This document shows, in pieces, positions 46,747 through 57,749 of a stretch of DNA of 64,000 bases (its first letter is position 1; every line of letters begins with the position of its first letter). A program made the translations under genes and the position numbers. The DNA comes from Terracidiphilus sp. (lineage in GTDB: Bacteria > Acidobacteriota > Terriglobia > Terriglobales > Acidobacteriaceae). The notes beneath the pieces were generated by a model that was not told the origin of the DNA, searched no databases, and was given only the letters and a program-made list of their open reading frames with translations. The stretch is from assembly GCA_035262585.1 (NCBI GenBank), contig DATFSO010000150.1, positions 2,760 to 66,759 on the forward strand. Reading direction: 5' to 3'.

Positions 46747-49149
46747 TTAGCTTGCAGACCAGCGCCAGTTGCGAATCTCCGGCAGGTCCTCGCCGTATTC
46801 CGAGACATAGAGGCGATGGCGCTGGATCTCTTCCGAGTACCATTGGCGCGCCGCATCGACCTCGCCTGCCAGGCGCGGTACTCGCGTGATCGCATCGAGT
46901 GCAAGCTGGAAGCGGTCGATGTTGTTGAGCACGCACATGTCAAAAGGCGTCGTCGTTGTGCCCTCTTCCTTATAGCCGCGCACGTGCAGGTTATCGTGAT
47001 TGTGCCGCCGATATGTGAGCCGGTGAATCAGCCACGGATATCCGTGGAAGGCAAAGATCGTCGGCGTCTTCGGCGGGAAAATTGCGTCGTACTGCTCGTC
47101 CGGCAAGCCGTGCGGATGTTCGGACTGCGGTTGCAAGGCCATCAGGTCGACGACATTTACCACGCGAATCTTCAGGTCAGGGACGCGCTTGCGAAGCAGC
47201 ATGACGGCGGCAAGCGCCTCCATCGTTGGCACGTCGCCGCAACAGGCTATAACAACATCGGGATCGCCGTGATCATTTGAGGCCCATTTCCAGATTCCCA
47301 ACCCCGTGGTGCAATGCGCAACTGCTTCGTCCATCGTAAGCCACTGCGGTGCGGGCTGCTTGCCGGCGACGATCAGGTTGATGTAGTGCCTGCTGCGCAG
47401 GCAGTGATCGGCGACCGAGAGCAGAGTATTGGCGTCGGGCGGCAGATAGATACGGACGATATCGGCCTTCTTGTTCAGCAGGTGATCGATAAAGCCCGGG
47501 TCCTGGTGCGAGAAGCCGTTGTGATCCTGACGCCAGACGAGGGAGCTGAGCAGGTAATTCAGTGAAGCGATGGGCTTGCGCCAGGACAATTGCCGGGTGA
47601 CTTTGAGCCATTTTGCGTGCTGGTTCACCATCGAATCGACGATGTGAATGAAGGCCTCGTAGCAACTGAAGAAACCGTGGCGGCCCGTGAGCAGATAGCC
47701 CTCGAGCCAGCCCTGACAGAGGTGCTCACTGAGCACTTCCATCACGCGGCCGGTCTCTGAGAGATCCTCGTCGACCGGGAGCGTTTCCAACATCCACGTC
47801 TTGCCGGTGCCGGTGATGACATCGTTGAGGCGGTTGCTGGCGGTTTCATCGGGGCCGAAGACGCGGAAGTTCTTCTGCTCTTTGTTGGCCTGCATTACAG
47901 CGTGCAGCAGCCGGCCCAGGACGCGAGTGGATTCGACATCTCTCTGGCCGCGGCCGTCAATTTTTACTTCAAAATCGCGGAAGCTTGGGACTACGAGCGG
48001 CTGCAGAAGGAGGCCACCGTTGGCGTGGGCGTTCATGCCCATGCGGAGACGGCCTTTGGGCGCAATGTCGGCATACTTGGATCGAAATGCGCCTTTTTCG
48101 TCGAAGAGTTCTTCCGGTTTATAGCTTCGCATCCAGTCTTCTAGCAAGCGAAGGTGTTCAGGTTTTTCCCGCAATTCTGTCATCGGTACCTGATGAGCGC
48201 GCCAGGTGCCTTCGACCGGTTTGCCATCGACAACTTTGGGCCCGGTCCACCCTTTGGGTGTTCGCATGATGAGCATGGGCCAGGCCGGCCGATCTGTTGA
48301 TCCGCCTTCGCGGGCTGCTTTTTGAATGTCCGCAATCCGATCGAAGATTTCATCGAAGACAGCGGCGGCTTTCTGGTGCATCGTCAGCGGATCGTCACCC
48401 TCGAGCGTGAAGGGCTCGTAACCGTAGCCGCGCATGAGGTTTTCCAACTCGGCATGCGGAATGCGTGCCAGGACGGTGGGATTGGCGATCTTGTAGCCGT
48501 TGAGATGAAGGATGGGAAGAACTGCGCCGTCAGTTGCGGGATTCAGGAATTTGTTGGAGTGCCAGCTTCCAGCGAGCGGTCCAGTCTCCGCCTCGCCATC
48601 ACCCACGACACAGGCCACCACGAGATGAGGATTGTCGAATGCTGCGCCAAACGCGTGCACGAGCGCGTAGCCTAGTTCGCCACCCTCATGGATGGAACCG
48701 GGCGTCTCCGGCGCAACGTGGCTGGGCACGCCATAGGGCCAGCTGAACTGGCGGAACAGGCGCTTCATGCCGTCGCGATTCTGTTCGATGTGCGGGTATA
48801 TCTCGGAGTAGGAGCCCTCGAGGTAAGTGTTCGCCACCATCGAAGGGCCGCCATGACCCGGACCGATCACGTAAATCATGTCGACGTTGCGCTCGCGGAT
48901 AATGCGATTCCAGTGGACATAAAGGAAGTTCAGTCCGGGTGTGGTGCCCCAATGGCCGAGCAGGCGAGGCTTCACGTCATCGAGGGTGAGCGCGCGCTCT
49001 AGCAGCGGATTGTCCTTGAGGTAGATCTGGCCGACGGAAAGGTAGTTGGCCGCACGCCAGTACGCGTTCATTTTTTCGAGGAGATCGGGACTGAGAGGGC
49101 CTTCGGGTTTTGCCGCGGCCCGGTTGATTTCGGTTGTCGCGCTGGACAT
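46747..49149 (-). CDS. xfp: Phosphoketolase (xylulose-5-P/fructose-6-P)
   Basis: [44 protein letters not shown]. Confidence 0.96.
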   Translation of the reverse strand: MSSATTEINRAAAKPEGPLSPDLLEKMNAYWRAANYLSVGQIYLKDNPLLERALTLDDVKPRLLGHWGTTPGLNFLYVHWNRIIRERNVDMIYVIGPGHGGPSMVANTYLEGSYSEIYPHIEQNRDGMKRLFRQFSWPYGVPSHVAPETPGSIHEGGELGYALVHAFGAAFDNPHLVVACVVGDGEAETGPLAGSWHSNKFLNPATDGAVLPILHLNGYKIANPTVLARIPHAELENLMRGYGYEPFTLEGDDPLTMHQKAAAVFDEIFDRIADIQKAAREGGSTDRPAWPMLIMRTPKGWTGPKVVDGKPVEGTWRAHQVPMTELREKPEHLRLLEDWMRSYKPEELFDEKGAFRSKYADIAPKGRLRMGMNAHANGGLLLQPLVVPSFRDFEVKIDGRGQRDVESTRVLGRLLHAVMQANKEQKNFRVFGPDETASNRLNDVITGTGKTWMLETLPVDEDLSETGRVMEVLSEHLCQGWLEGYLLTGRHGFFSCYEAFIHIVDSMVNQHAKWLKVTRQLSWRKPIASLNYLLSSLVWRQDHNGFSHQDPGFIDHLLNKKADIVRIYLPPDANTLLSVADHCLRSRHYINLIVAGKQPAPQWLTMDEAVAHCTTGLGIWKWASNDHGDPDVVIACCGDVPTMEALAAVMLLRKRVPDLKIRVVNVVDLMALQPQSEHPHGLPDEQYDAIFPPKTPTIFAFHGYPWLIHRLTYRRHNHDNLHVRGYKEEGTTTTPFDMCVLNNIDRFQLALDAITRVPRLAGEVDAARQWYSEEIQRHRLYVSEYGEDLPEIRNWRWSAS

Positions 49150-49246
49150 TAGGGGCACCTCGGAAGGGGTTTTCAGAGACAGTTCAGGCTAACAGCGAAG
49201 TATTAAAGGCGTGGTGATTGAAGTCACAAACTAGTAAGATGCCGCT

Positions 49247-50383
49247 TCAGTTGTGCGAATTGCCTGTTAATTTTTGGTCCTGCCGCGTTCTGTTTGCAAA
49301 AAAACGTTTAAGGCGAAGAATGCGCGATTCGAAGCCGTACCAGAGTATCGTGGCGAACAATGTGCAGGCGACGACGCGAAAGCCGATCACCGCGAGATCT
49401 CCGCCGAGACCGTATTGATTCATGCGAGCGTCAAACCAGCCGAAGAAGATGAAGACCCCGATATGAGTCATATAGAGGCCGTAGCTGATGCGTCCGTAGA
49501 AGGCCAGCGGGCCGCGGCTGAGGACGCTATTGGCAGGAGTGCGAGCGCCGGTTGCAGCGATCGATGAGACGACCGCGCCTCCAAAGAGCGTTGTGAGAGC
49601 CGTGTCGAGAAACGCGGTGCCGCCTGCGATTGTGGCGGCCGAGAGGAATCCGACGGGCATGGCGATGAGGCCGAGTGCGAGCCAGATGCGGCGGCTCAGC
49701 GGCAGCGTGTAGAGGCCGAGTGCGAGCAGACTCCCCATGGAGATGCCGTCGATGTGGCTGAGTGTGTGTGTCGGCGTGATCCACGAGAAATGGCTCATGC
49801 GAAAGAACGGAGCGGCGATGAGAAAGCCAGCCAGGACGGTTGCGAGCATCCAGGGCGCGCGCAGCACCCGCACCACCGGAGCCCAGATGAAGTAATACTG
49901 CTCCTCGATGGCCAGCGACCACGTCGGGCCGATGGCGTAAGGCAGAGAAAGCCAAAAGAGATTCTGAAGAAAGAGCACATACGCCCACCATGGCGCTGTC
50001 GTGATGGCGGCCCAAACGGAGGTTCCCACGAACCAATCGGCCTTGAGATATGTGATGGCCAGCACCAGTACGTAGACGGGCCAGATGCGCAGCACGCGGC
50101 GTCCGTAGAAGTTGCGAAAGTAGTGCGGCTGATTGTGCGATTCGAGGAGGATCGAGGTGATCAGGAATCCGGAGAGGACGAAGAAGAGATTGACGCCGGC
50201 CCATCCCCAGAGGGATGCGGTGTAGAACGGCGTGTGCTCAAAGCGTGGATGGCTGTGATAGAACAGGACGCCGAGCACGGCAAGGCCACGCAGTCCCTGG
50301 AGTTCGGGGATGTAGGACGGCAGCCAGGATGGGCGTTGGACGCGGCGCGGGCGATTGAGTGAATCCTCTTGAGTCTCGGTCAA
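49247..50383 (-). CDS. Acyltransferase family 3 (OafA-like); start uncertain
   Basis: ELQGLRGLAV, GVNLFFVLSGFLIT, RRVLRIWP, WSLAIEEQYY. Confidence 0.9.
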   Translation of the reverse strand: MTETQEDSLNRPRRVQRPSWLPSYIPELQGLRGLAVLGVLFYHSHPRFEHTPFYTASLWGWAGVNLFFVLSGFLITSILLESHNQPHYFRNFYGRRVLRIWPVYVLVLAITYLKADWFVGTSVWAAITTAPWWAYVLFLQNLFWLSLPYAIGPTWSLAIEEQYYFIWAPVVRVLRAPWMLATVLAGFLIAAPFFRMSHFSWITPTHTLSHIDGISMGSLLALGLYTLPLSRRIWLALGLIAMPVGFLSAATIAGGTAFLDTALTTLFGGAVVSSIAATGARTPANSVLSRGPLAFYGRISYGLYMTHIGVFIFFGWFDARMNQYGLGGDLAVIGFRVVACTLFATILWYGFESRILRLKRFFANRTRQDQKLTGNSHN

Positions 50384-50399
50384 TTTGTATCGCAAGAGC

Positions 50400-50530
50400 A
50401 GATCCTTCGCTCGCCTACCCCACAAACGCGAGCGTTTGCGGGGCCCCAACGCCGCTACGCTCAGGATGACAGATTGATGAGGTGAGCTGCATGGTTTCAC
50501 ACCCTTGCCTTCGTCAAGGATGGGGCGCCC
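50400..50530. repeat. Two adjacent REP-like elements (AGATCCTTCGCT..CTCAGGATGACA with nested TTTGCGGGG hairpin; CACCCTT..AAGGATGGGGC)
   Basis: Modules shared with 45301-45400 and 62624-62654. Confidence 0.75.
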
Positions 50531-50554
50531 GGCTTTGTCAGTGGGGCACAGAAA

Positions 50555-50899
50555 CTACTTCGATGAATTCAAATCCCATTCGTACAAGGGAGGCCAGGAG
50601 AACTGATCCGGGAACGCAGAAGATGAAAGTGCACCTTGCCGACGGCGCTTTTCAGTTGGAACATCATTGGATCCGATGATGAAGGTGAGAAACGGAATCC
50701 CGAGAAATGCAAAGAGGACTTGGCAGTAGTCGATGACAGTGTGCGGTTCGTCAAACACGGACCCGCGACGTGACCGACTTGACTCAATTAGTGCCAAGAA
50801 AGGGGCATAGAGTAGACCGACTACTATACCGATTGCAGCCATCAATCGATGATCACGAAACGCCGCAATCCATCGAAGCAGATTTTCCCTCTTCCACAT
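50555..50899 (-). CDS. Hypothetical membrane protein
   Basis: GAGG RBS, two hydrophobic segments, lower GC. Confidence 0.45.
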   Translation of the reverse strand: MWKRENLLRWIAAFRDHRLMAAIGIVVGLLYAPFLALIESSRSRRGSVFDEPHTVIDYCQVLFAFLGIPFLTFIIGSNDVPTEKRRRQGALSSSAFPDQFSWPPLYEWDLNSSK

Positions 50900-50923
50900 A
50901 TGGCGCCTCTCGATTAACCGGCG

Positions 50924-51778
50924 TTATCCTGCGGCGAGTTCCTTTGCGCGCTGCGTGGCGCGCATGACGGCTTTGATGAGCGTAACGCGGAGGCCGCCTT
51001 CTTCGAGTTCGAGGATGCCGTCGACGGTGCAGCCGGCGGGTGTGGTCACTTCGTCTTTGAGCAGCGCTGGGTGGTAGCCGGTTTCGAGCACCATCTTGCC
51101 GGCGCCGAAGACGGTCTGCGCGGCGAGTTGCGTGGCGGTGTCGCGGGGCAGGCCGACCTTCACGCCGGCTTCGGCCAGCGCCTCGATGATGATGTAGATG
51201 TATGCCGGTCCGGAGGCGGAGAGACCGGTGACGGCGTCCATGTGCTTCTCGTCGACGATGACCGAGCGGCCAACGGTCTCGAAGATGCGTTGCGCGAGTT
51301 CCATCTGCTCCGGCTTGACGAAGCGTCCGCGGCACAGGCCGGCGACGCCAGCGCCAAGCGCGGAGGGCGTGTTAGGCATGGCGCGGATGACGCCTATCTC
51401 GATGCCGGCGGCGTCTTCAATGGCGCGCGTCTTCACCGACGCGGCGAAGGAGACGATTGTCTTCTCCGGAGTCAGGGCGGGCTTGATCTCGGCGATCAGA
51501 TCGGGAACCTGGAAGGGCTTGACGCCGACCAGAATCAGATCGGCCTGCTTTGCGGCAGCAAGGTTGTCGGTGCTGACGTCGACGCCCCATTGCGCGCTGC
51601 GGGCCAGGGCCTTGTCGGTGTGTGCCATTGTGGCGTGGATCTGGTCCGGGGAGAACAGATTTTGCTTGAGGAAAGCCTGGAGCAAAATTCCGCCCATCTT
51701 GCCCGCGCCGAGAACGGCTACATGAAGGTTCGGCAACTGCGCCGGAGTTTGTGTGGCCTCAACGGCTATCTCCGCCAT
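50924..51778 (-). CDS. proC: Pyrroline-5-carboxylate reductase
   Basis: LGAGKMG, RAMPNTP, GLSASGPAY, VTTPAGCT. Confidence 0.96.
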   Translation of the reverse strand: MAEIAVEATQTPAQLPNLHVAVLGAGKMGGILLQAFLKQNLFSPDQIHATMAHTDKALARSAQWGVDVSTDNLAAAKQADLILVGVKPFQVPDLIAEIKPALTPEKTIVSFAASVKTRAIEDAAGIEIGVIRAMPNTPSALGAGVAGLCRGRFVKPEQMELAQRIFETVGRSVIVDEKHMDAVTGLSASGPAYIYIIIEALAEAGVKVGLPRDTATQLAAQTVFGAGKMVLETGYHPALLKDEVTTPAGCTVDGILELEEGGLRVTLIKAVMRATQRAKELAAG

Positions 51779-52136
51779 GGTGTTCCCTTTGGATGAGAGT
51801 GATGGAACAGCTTTAAGGATAAATGGTGTGGAGAGTTCGTTTGTTTATAGTCGTCAGTTTTCAATCATCCGTCTTCGGTTTTTTGGCGAGACTCGGACAG
51901 ATTCGGTCCAATTGAAGGCGCGGAAAACATGCAAAATCTCGGTGGAAAACTGCAGATTTCGGGAGGGGGGTGGGGGGTCAAAAGTACCGCAATACGGGCC
52001 GAAATGGGACCACTGAGACCAAGTGAATCGAGCACGCAGAAGGAACCCGCCGACAGCTTCTTGTTTGCACTTTGATTGTGCGCCGGAGGCAGGAAATTAC
52101 ATGCAAATGGCGTCGATTTCGATGCAGGCAGGCAGG

Positions 52137-52559
52137 TCAGGGCTGTGACCGGCTGATTGGATGGGCCAAGCTGGAAGCCTCGTCTACTGTGCTCGTCATG
52201 GGGAACAACTGGTCGATCCTGGTCGTCTTGAAGAGTTCGCGGACGCGCGCAGAGGCTCCGGCGACGACAAGACGCACACTCTTGTTCTGGCAGCGGACGA
52301 AGTGCCCGACGACCAGGCCGAGGCCGCAGGAGTCCATGTAGGGCACCTCGGTGAGGTCGAAGATGTTGACCGTGGCCGGCGGGTGGGGCAATTTTGCATC
52401 GGAATTGAAGATATTGCCCAGCGCTGCCGGCGAGAGTGTGGCGTACATATCGCGTGCCGTGAAGGGGCCAGAGAAGCGAAAGACTACCGCGCCGTCGAGC
52501 TGCGTGCGCTCGATAGTGAAGGTGGATCCCTTCCAGATTTGTGCCTGGATACCGGACAT
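52137..52559 (-). CDS. STAS-domain protein (anti-sigma factor antagonist-like)
   Basis: FDLTEVPYMDSCGLG with the phospho-Ser motif; GAGG RBS. Confidence 0.88.
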   Translation of the reverse strand: MSGIQAQIWKGSTFTIERTQLDGAVVFRFSGPFTARDMYATLSPAALGNIFNSDAKLPHPPATVNIFDLTEVPYMDSCGLGLVVGHFVRCQNKSVRLVVAGASARVRELFKTTRIDQLFPMTSTVDEASSLAHPISRSQP

Positions 52560-52651
52560 TGAATTCCTCTTGGTGCCTGTGGGATTGTTGCGGCAAGAGA
52601 GCCCAAAAAGCAAGGCAATTTTGATCACGGCAGCATCGGAAATGCGAAGCA

Positions 52652-52671
52652 AAATGTGACGCAGATTACAT
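52652..52671. promoter_or_regulatory. CRP-like site AAATGTGA-N6-TTACAT
   Basis: 9/10 core match plus consensus flanks, between divergent genes. Confidence 0.45.
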
Positions 52672-52798
52672 CCCAGATCCACTGTTTCTGGTGTAGACTC
52701 TAGGAAACTCAATCAACAGCTAGACAGATGTGGCGCCTGCGGGACGACGAGTCTTCGGGGAAATCTCTGTTCGGTTCGATTGACTTGCGCTCGGCGCT

Positions 52799-54823
52799 TT
52801 GCGCCGGGGGAGTGTTGTTTTGTTGTCTTGTGTCACTCGTCTGCCTGGTCCCTGCCGACCCCTGATTGAATCTAATCTGCTGTCTTTTCTTAAAGATCAA
52901 GCCATTTCTTCGCGAAGTCGGCGAGGTTTTCTGGGCCTTGCGCTGCTTCTGATGGCAGCCTTGGGATTCGCGGGTTTTGGAACCCGAGCGTCCGCGGCGA
53001 CGAACTACTACATCGACAATCGGCCGAGTTCAAACTGCAGCGACGGCGGCACGCACAGCGAATCGCAGCCATGGTGCTCGTTTGGTCCGGCGAACAAGAT
53101 CAGAACGTTCGCGCCCGGAGACAAGATTCTGCTGTCGCGAGGGGCAAGCTGGAACGAGGAGCTGTCGCTCACGGGAAGCGGCACAGCCAACGAGCCGATT
53201 ACGCTGGGCGCGTATGGCACCGGTCCTGAACCGAAGATCTTGCGCAACCAGGCGACGAGCGATATTTGCGTTCTGCTGATGGATGCGAGTCACTGGGATG
53301 TCCGCGATCTGGAAGTGGGGCGGGCGAGCGTCGGCATTCTCTTTCACTACACGCAGCTGTTCAACGAGGGCATCACGATCAGCAACGTGTTCGCGCACGA
53401 CAACAAGGGAGTATGGGCAGGGTACTCGACCGAGTACCCGGTTAACCGTCACGTGCTGGACCCTTCGGCATCGAATCTGAATATCAATCTCTCGTCCGGG
53501 ATTCTGTTCAACCTCGCATCGTATCTAACGCTCACCAGCTCTCAGTATGTGCTGAAGGGCGTCTCCGTGAACGATGTGCGAGGGGCCAATAACGTCGACA
53601 GCATGGCATTTGATGCGGAGACCAACACGCTGGACAAGCAGGATGGGCACAATGCATTTCAGGATGTCACTCTGAATGGCCTCTTCCTTTCGGACGATAA
53701 CGGTCACGCGGCGCCGCAATATCAGCGCGCCGGACTGGGCTGCAGTGACGCTCTGCGGCTCATTGGAATGACCAACGTCACGGTGATGAATTCGGTCCTC
53801 TATAACGAGGCGGGATGCCACACGCCGACCGGAACAGCAGCTGTGATCCTGGGGCGGGTGAGCAAAGTCACGCTCGTCAACAACATCATCTTCGGCGTTC
53901 CTGAGTCCAGCAGTCCCGACGAGACTGCGATCGATTTCGAGTGGTCTGAAGACCAGGTGAGTCTCTATTCGAACCTGTTTGCACAGAATGCGGGTGCGGG
54001 CGTTGAGATTCTGAATATCCATCCAGGCGATCACACAACGGTTGATTTTTCAGGCAATACGTTTGCGCAGAACGCGCATGCGCATCAGCCGGGCGCGGCA
54101 TCCGTCTGGGAAGACAACCTGGGCCGCGGTTACGGGACGCCGACGGGGCAGATTCGGAACAACCTGTACTACGAAGACCACGGCAAATTTTTCGCGGGCA
54201 AGAGCATCGCATCGATCGCAGATGTGCACCAGGTGCAGACCATGCTGGCCGCCAACTATGCTGCGCAGCAATTCTCCGGAAGCCAGGGCAAAAACCAGTG
54301 GCGCTATATGTACCAGTCGCACGACTCGGCGTGGACGGAGATGCCCGGTTACTCAGCGGAGCTGCACAATGGCGCGTGGCAGGGCGACGGTGGCCAGTTT
54401 GTGACCGCGTTCAATTTGGCGCCTGCGCGCTGCACGGGAACCTGCGAAACGGGCGGGGTTGCCCGGGTGTGGGTCGCGCCGCAGAGCGGAATGGTCAGCA
54501 TCCGGGGCCGCGTGGCGAGGGCCGACGGACAGAGCGGAGCCGGGATATCCGCCGTGATCAACCTGGTGTCGGGAAAGAATGTTGCGCAGATCTGGCCTAT
54601 TCCGGGCGCAAAGCAATTGATGGCGAACGCGAATGTAGTGGGCTCGGAGACAGATGTCGATAGCGTTGCCGTGAACGCCGGCGACATGATTCGCTTTGAG
54701 GTTCATGCGAACAGCGATAGTAGCGATGAGAGTGTGAGCTGGACGCCGTCGGTCGGATATGTCCCGGGAACTCGGGAACTGGCTGCGTCCGGGAGTGGGA
54801 CGAGGCTCGTTTCCAGCCGTTAG
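52799..54823 (+). CDS. Secreted right-handed beta-helix (pectin-lyase-like) protein; start uncertain
   Basis: SRRGFL leader; PGDKILLSRG..W...GSGT..PITLGAYG motif; Asn-rich repeats. Confidence 0.75.
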   Translation: MRRGSVVLLSCVTRLPGPCRPLIESNLLSFLKDQAISSRSRRGFLGLALLLMAALGFAGFGTRASAATNYYIDNRPSSNCSDGGTHSESQPWCSFGPANKIRTFAPGDKILLSRGASWNEELSLTGSGTANEPITLGAYGTGPEPKILRNQATSDICVLLMDASHWDVRDLEVGRASVGILFHYTQLFNEGITISNVFAHDNKGVWAGYSTEYPVNRHVLDPSASNLNINLSSGILFNLASYLTLTSSQYVLKGVSVNDVRGANNVDSMAFDAETNTLDKQDGHNAFQDVTLNGLFLSDDNGHAAPQYQRAGLGCSDALRLIGMTNVTVMNSVLYNEAGCHTPTGTAAVILGRVSKVTLVNNIIFGVPESSSPDETAIDFEWSEDQVSLYSNLFAQNAGAGVEILNIHPGDHTTVDFSGNTFAQNAHAHQPGAASVWEDNLGRGYGTPTGQIRNNLYYEDHGKFFAGKSIASIADVHQVQTMLAANYAAQQFSGSQGKNQWRYMYQSHDSAWTEMPGYSAELHNGAWQGDGGQFVTAFNLAPARCTGTCETGGVARVWVAPQSGMVSIRGRVARADGQSGAGISAVINLVSGKNVAQIWPIPGAKQLMANANVVGSETDVDSVAVNAGDMIRFEVHANSDSSDESVSWTPSVGYVPGTRELAASGSGTRLVSSR

Positions 54824-54936
54824 CGATTCGTTGCGCGTCAGAAATCTGAAGGCCGTGAGGCTGTGTGTGTGACGAATCGATGCAGGCCCCCAAAGACCTC
54901 AGGGTGCTGAAGCCCACATCATTTTGGCGCTCTCTC

Positions 54937-54957
54937 GGCACGACTGAAAGTCGTGCC
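54937..54957. repeat. GGCACGAC-TGAAA-GTCGTGCC palindrome
   Basis: Same arms as 37835-37855. Confidence 0.75.
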
Positions 54958-54997
54958 CTGACCCAACAATTCCGTGACAGATAATTCGGGTGCTTTC

Positions 54998-57694
54998 CTA
55001 CTCCACTCTGAGCGCCTCCACCGGGTTCACGCCGGCGGCGCGGCGTGCGGGCAGATAGCTTGCGAGGGCCGCGGCTGCGATTAGAACCACAGGCACCAAA
55101 AGATACGTCACCGGATCGAGCGGGCTGATTCCGAACAGCAGGGATTTCATCGATTGCGTGAGCGCAGCAGCGGCGAGGAGGCCGAGCGCCACGCCAATGC
55201 CGGTGAGCGTGAGTGCGGAGCGCACGAACATCCACTTCAGTTCGCGCTTCTGCGCGCCAAGCGCAAGGCGGATGCCGATCTCGCGGGTACGCTGCGATAC
55301 CGCGTAGGAAATCACGCCGTAGATGCCGATAATGCCGAGAGCAAGCGCCATGGTTCCGGCGATCGCAAGCATCGTGAGCGTGAACGAGGTGCGTTCCATC
55401 GAGGTTGCGTAGATCTCCTGCATTGTGTTCACCGAGGCGAGCGGCAGACTGGCGTTGACCGACCAGACAGCCTGCTGCGCCTGGCCAAGAAAGCCCTCGG
55501 TTCCAGCGCGACCGCTGCGAACGACGAAAGTTACGAAACGCCGGGTGTAGATGGATGGCTGCCGAGTGTAAGGATCATTGAGCATCACCGGCCAGTAAAT
55601 GATGGCGGGCGCTTTTTCATCCACACCGTGCACGTGGACGTCTTCGACGACGCCGATCACTTCATCCCACGGCCTGTGGTCGTCGAATTGGCGCACACGC
55701 TTACCGATGGCGGCGACGGGCGATCCCCAGGACTCGCGGGCGAAGTTCTCCGATACGATCACGCGAGGTCTCAAGTTGTAGATGTCATCCCAGGCGAAGT
55801 CGCGGCCCGCCAGCAGATGCGTCCCCATGGTGCGGAAATATCCGGGCGAGACGTAGTTGTAGAGGCGGAGCGGCGGTTCCCCGCCGAGATAATTCTTTCC
55901 TTCCACGCGAAGCTCGTCCCAATTGGGATCATTCCCATCCATGGGGACGGCAGCTGCAAACCCGACGGAAGAGACTCCCGGAATTGCGGCAAGCTTGTCG
56001 GCGATGCTGTTCTGCGTGCGCGCAACCATCTGCGAATCGGGGACAAGCAAATCCGGAATCCATGTGCTTATCGTCTCCACATGCGCGGCATCCGCGAAGC
56101 CGGGCTCGACGTTGCGCAGCGCGGCGAACGTGCGAATCATGAGCAGCGCACTCACCAGGAGCACGAGAGCCATGGCTACCTGCGCGATAGCCATCACGTT
56201 ACGCGAGCGCTGGCGGACACGGCCTGTGCTCGCGGTGCGGCTACTGCCGGCCATTGCGAGCGCGGTTTTTGTCCTTGCGTATCTCAAAACGGGCACCGAC
56301 CCGAACAGCAGTCCAGAGAGAACCGAAAGAACGAGTGTGAAGCCGAGTGAGCTTGCGTCGAGTGAGATTTCACTGAGGCGCGGCAGGTTTCCAGGGCCGA
56401 AGGCGACGAGAAGGCGCAAACCTGCAGCGGCGACACCGATTCCGAGCGCACCACCGATGAGACCGAGCAAGACGCTCTCAAGCAGGAGCTCGCGGGCGAT
56501 GCGGGCGCGGCCAGCGCCCAGAGCAGCGCGGATGGAGAGTTCCTGGTGGCGCGATTCTGCGCGGACGAGCAGGAGATTCGCAACGTTGGTGCAGGCGATC
56601 AGCATGACCAGGCCAACGGTGGCCATCACCACCCACAGCACGTTGCCGATGTTGCCGACGACCTGCTGCTTGAGCGAACGGAAGTTGGGTGAGATATGCC
56701 AAATTCTGTAATAGAACGGGTTGGTGCCAGGTCCATTGGAGTAGGAGTGCATCCAGGTTTCGATCAGCCTGCTAACATCCGCATTGGCTTGCGTGATCGA
56801 GACACCAGGCTTCAGGCGTCCGACGCCGTTGCAGGCGAATGGCGCGAGTTTCAGGGTCCCGCGATCGAATGCGAGCGGCACCAGCAGATCGAAGTCTGCA
56901 TCGACCACGCGAAATCCACGCGGCATCACGCCGACGATCTCGCGGGTCTCGGCATCGAGCTGAATGCTTCGGCCGATCACTTTGCGGTCGCCGCCGAATC
57001 GGCGCTGCCAGTATCCGTAACTGAGCAAGACAGTCTTGGCGCCCTTCGGGTTCTGGTCTGCCTGTGAGAACCAGCGGCCGACCGCAGGGGGCACTGCGAG
57101 AGTCTGCAGGATGCCGTCGCTGATCATCAGCGTTTGCGCCTGTTCAGGCTCGACGATGCCGGTGACGTTTGCGGTGCTCGGTACCCAGACGCCGAGAGAC
57201 TGGAACGACTGGTTGTGCTCAGCGAAGGTGAAATACATCGACGGTGAAAGGCTAAGCCCGGCTTGAAAATTCGCCATTCCCGGCGCGCCCGGCGCCTCCA
57301 GCCAGAGCGCGACTAGTTGATTGGGGTCGGGGTAGGGGAGCGGCTTGAGCAGCACGCTGTCGACCACCGTGAAGACCGCGGTGTTTGCGCCGATGCCGAT
57401 TGCGAGAGTCAGCAACACGGTGATCGCGAAGCCGGGCGATTTTCGCAGGCGACGCAGAGTGAATTTGAGGTCGGCAAGGAGTGATTCGAGCCGCGGCCAT
57501 TGCCACTGCTCGCGGCTCTTCTGCTGGATCAGCAACACATTTCCGAATTCGCGGCGAGCAGTTTGCTCGGCCTGCTCGCGCGGCATGCCCGCGTCAATGA
57601 GCTCGTCGACACGCTCCTGGATATGCTCGCGAATGGAGACGTCAATGTCGTTGTAGCGGCGGCTCCGGCCGACGATTCGAGAGAAAGCCTGCAT
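54998..57694 (-). CDS. ADOP-type duplicated ABC permease (MacB-PCD/FtsX x2)
   Basis: ARREFGN, LRKSPGF..LAIGIGANTA, ACTNVANLLL, RTREIGIRLALGA, NPVEALRVE. Confidence 0.93.
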   Translation of the reverse strand: MQAFSRIVGRSRRYNDIDVSIREHIQERVDELIDAGMPREQAEQTARREFGNVLLIQQKSREQWQWPRLESLLADLKFTLRRLRKSPGFAITVLLTLAIGIGANTAVFTVVDSVLLKPLPYPDPNQLVALWLEAPGAPGMANFQAGLSLSPSMYFTFAEHNQSFQSLGVWVPSTANVTGIVEPEQAQTLMISDGILQTLAVPPAVGRWFSQADQNPKGAKTVLLSYGYWQRRFGGDRKVIGRSIQLDAETREIVGVMPRGFRVVDADFDLLVPLAFDRGTLKLAPFACNGVGRLKPGVSITQANADVSRLIETWMHSYSNGPGTNPFYYRIWHISPNFRSLKQQVVGNIGNVLWVVMATVGLVMLIACTNVANLLLVRAESRHQELSIRAALGAGRARIARELLLESVLLGLIGGALGIGVAAAGLRLLVAFGPGNLPRLSEISLDASSLGFTLVLSVLSGLLFGSVPVLRYARTKTALAMAGSSRTASTGRVRQRSRNVMAIAQVAMALVLLVSALLMIRTFAALRNVEPGFADAAHVETISTWIPDLLVPDSQMVARTQNSIADKLAAIPGVSSVGFAAAVPMDGNDPNWDELRVEGKNYLGGEPPLRLYNYVSPGYFRTMGTHLLAGRDFAWDDIYNLRPRVIVSENFARESWGSPVAAIGKRVRQFDDHRPWDEVIGVVEDVHVHGVDEKAPAIIYWPVMLNDPYTRQPSIYTRRFVTFVVRSGRAGTEGFLGQAQQAVWSVNASLPLASVNTMQEIYATSMERTSFTLTMLAIAGTMALALGIIGIYGVISYAVSQRTREIGIRLALGAQKRELKWMFVRSALTLTGIGVALGLLAAAALTQSMKSLLFGISPLDPVTYLLVPVVLIAAAALASYLPARRAAGVNPVEALRVE

Positions 57695-57749
57695 CACTGA
57701 CCTCCTACGCTTGATTGAGGATGAGCGTCCCGATAGCTGTTTTGCGGCG

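Noticed and set aside
51961-51977. G-rich run GGGAGGGGGGTGGGGGG as a G-quadruplex or phase-variable tract
   Set aside because: Four G3 tracts with loops of at least 1 nt cannot be formed, and it is not in a recognisable promoter or CDS.
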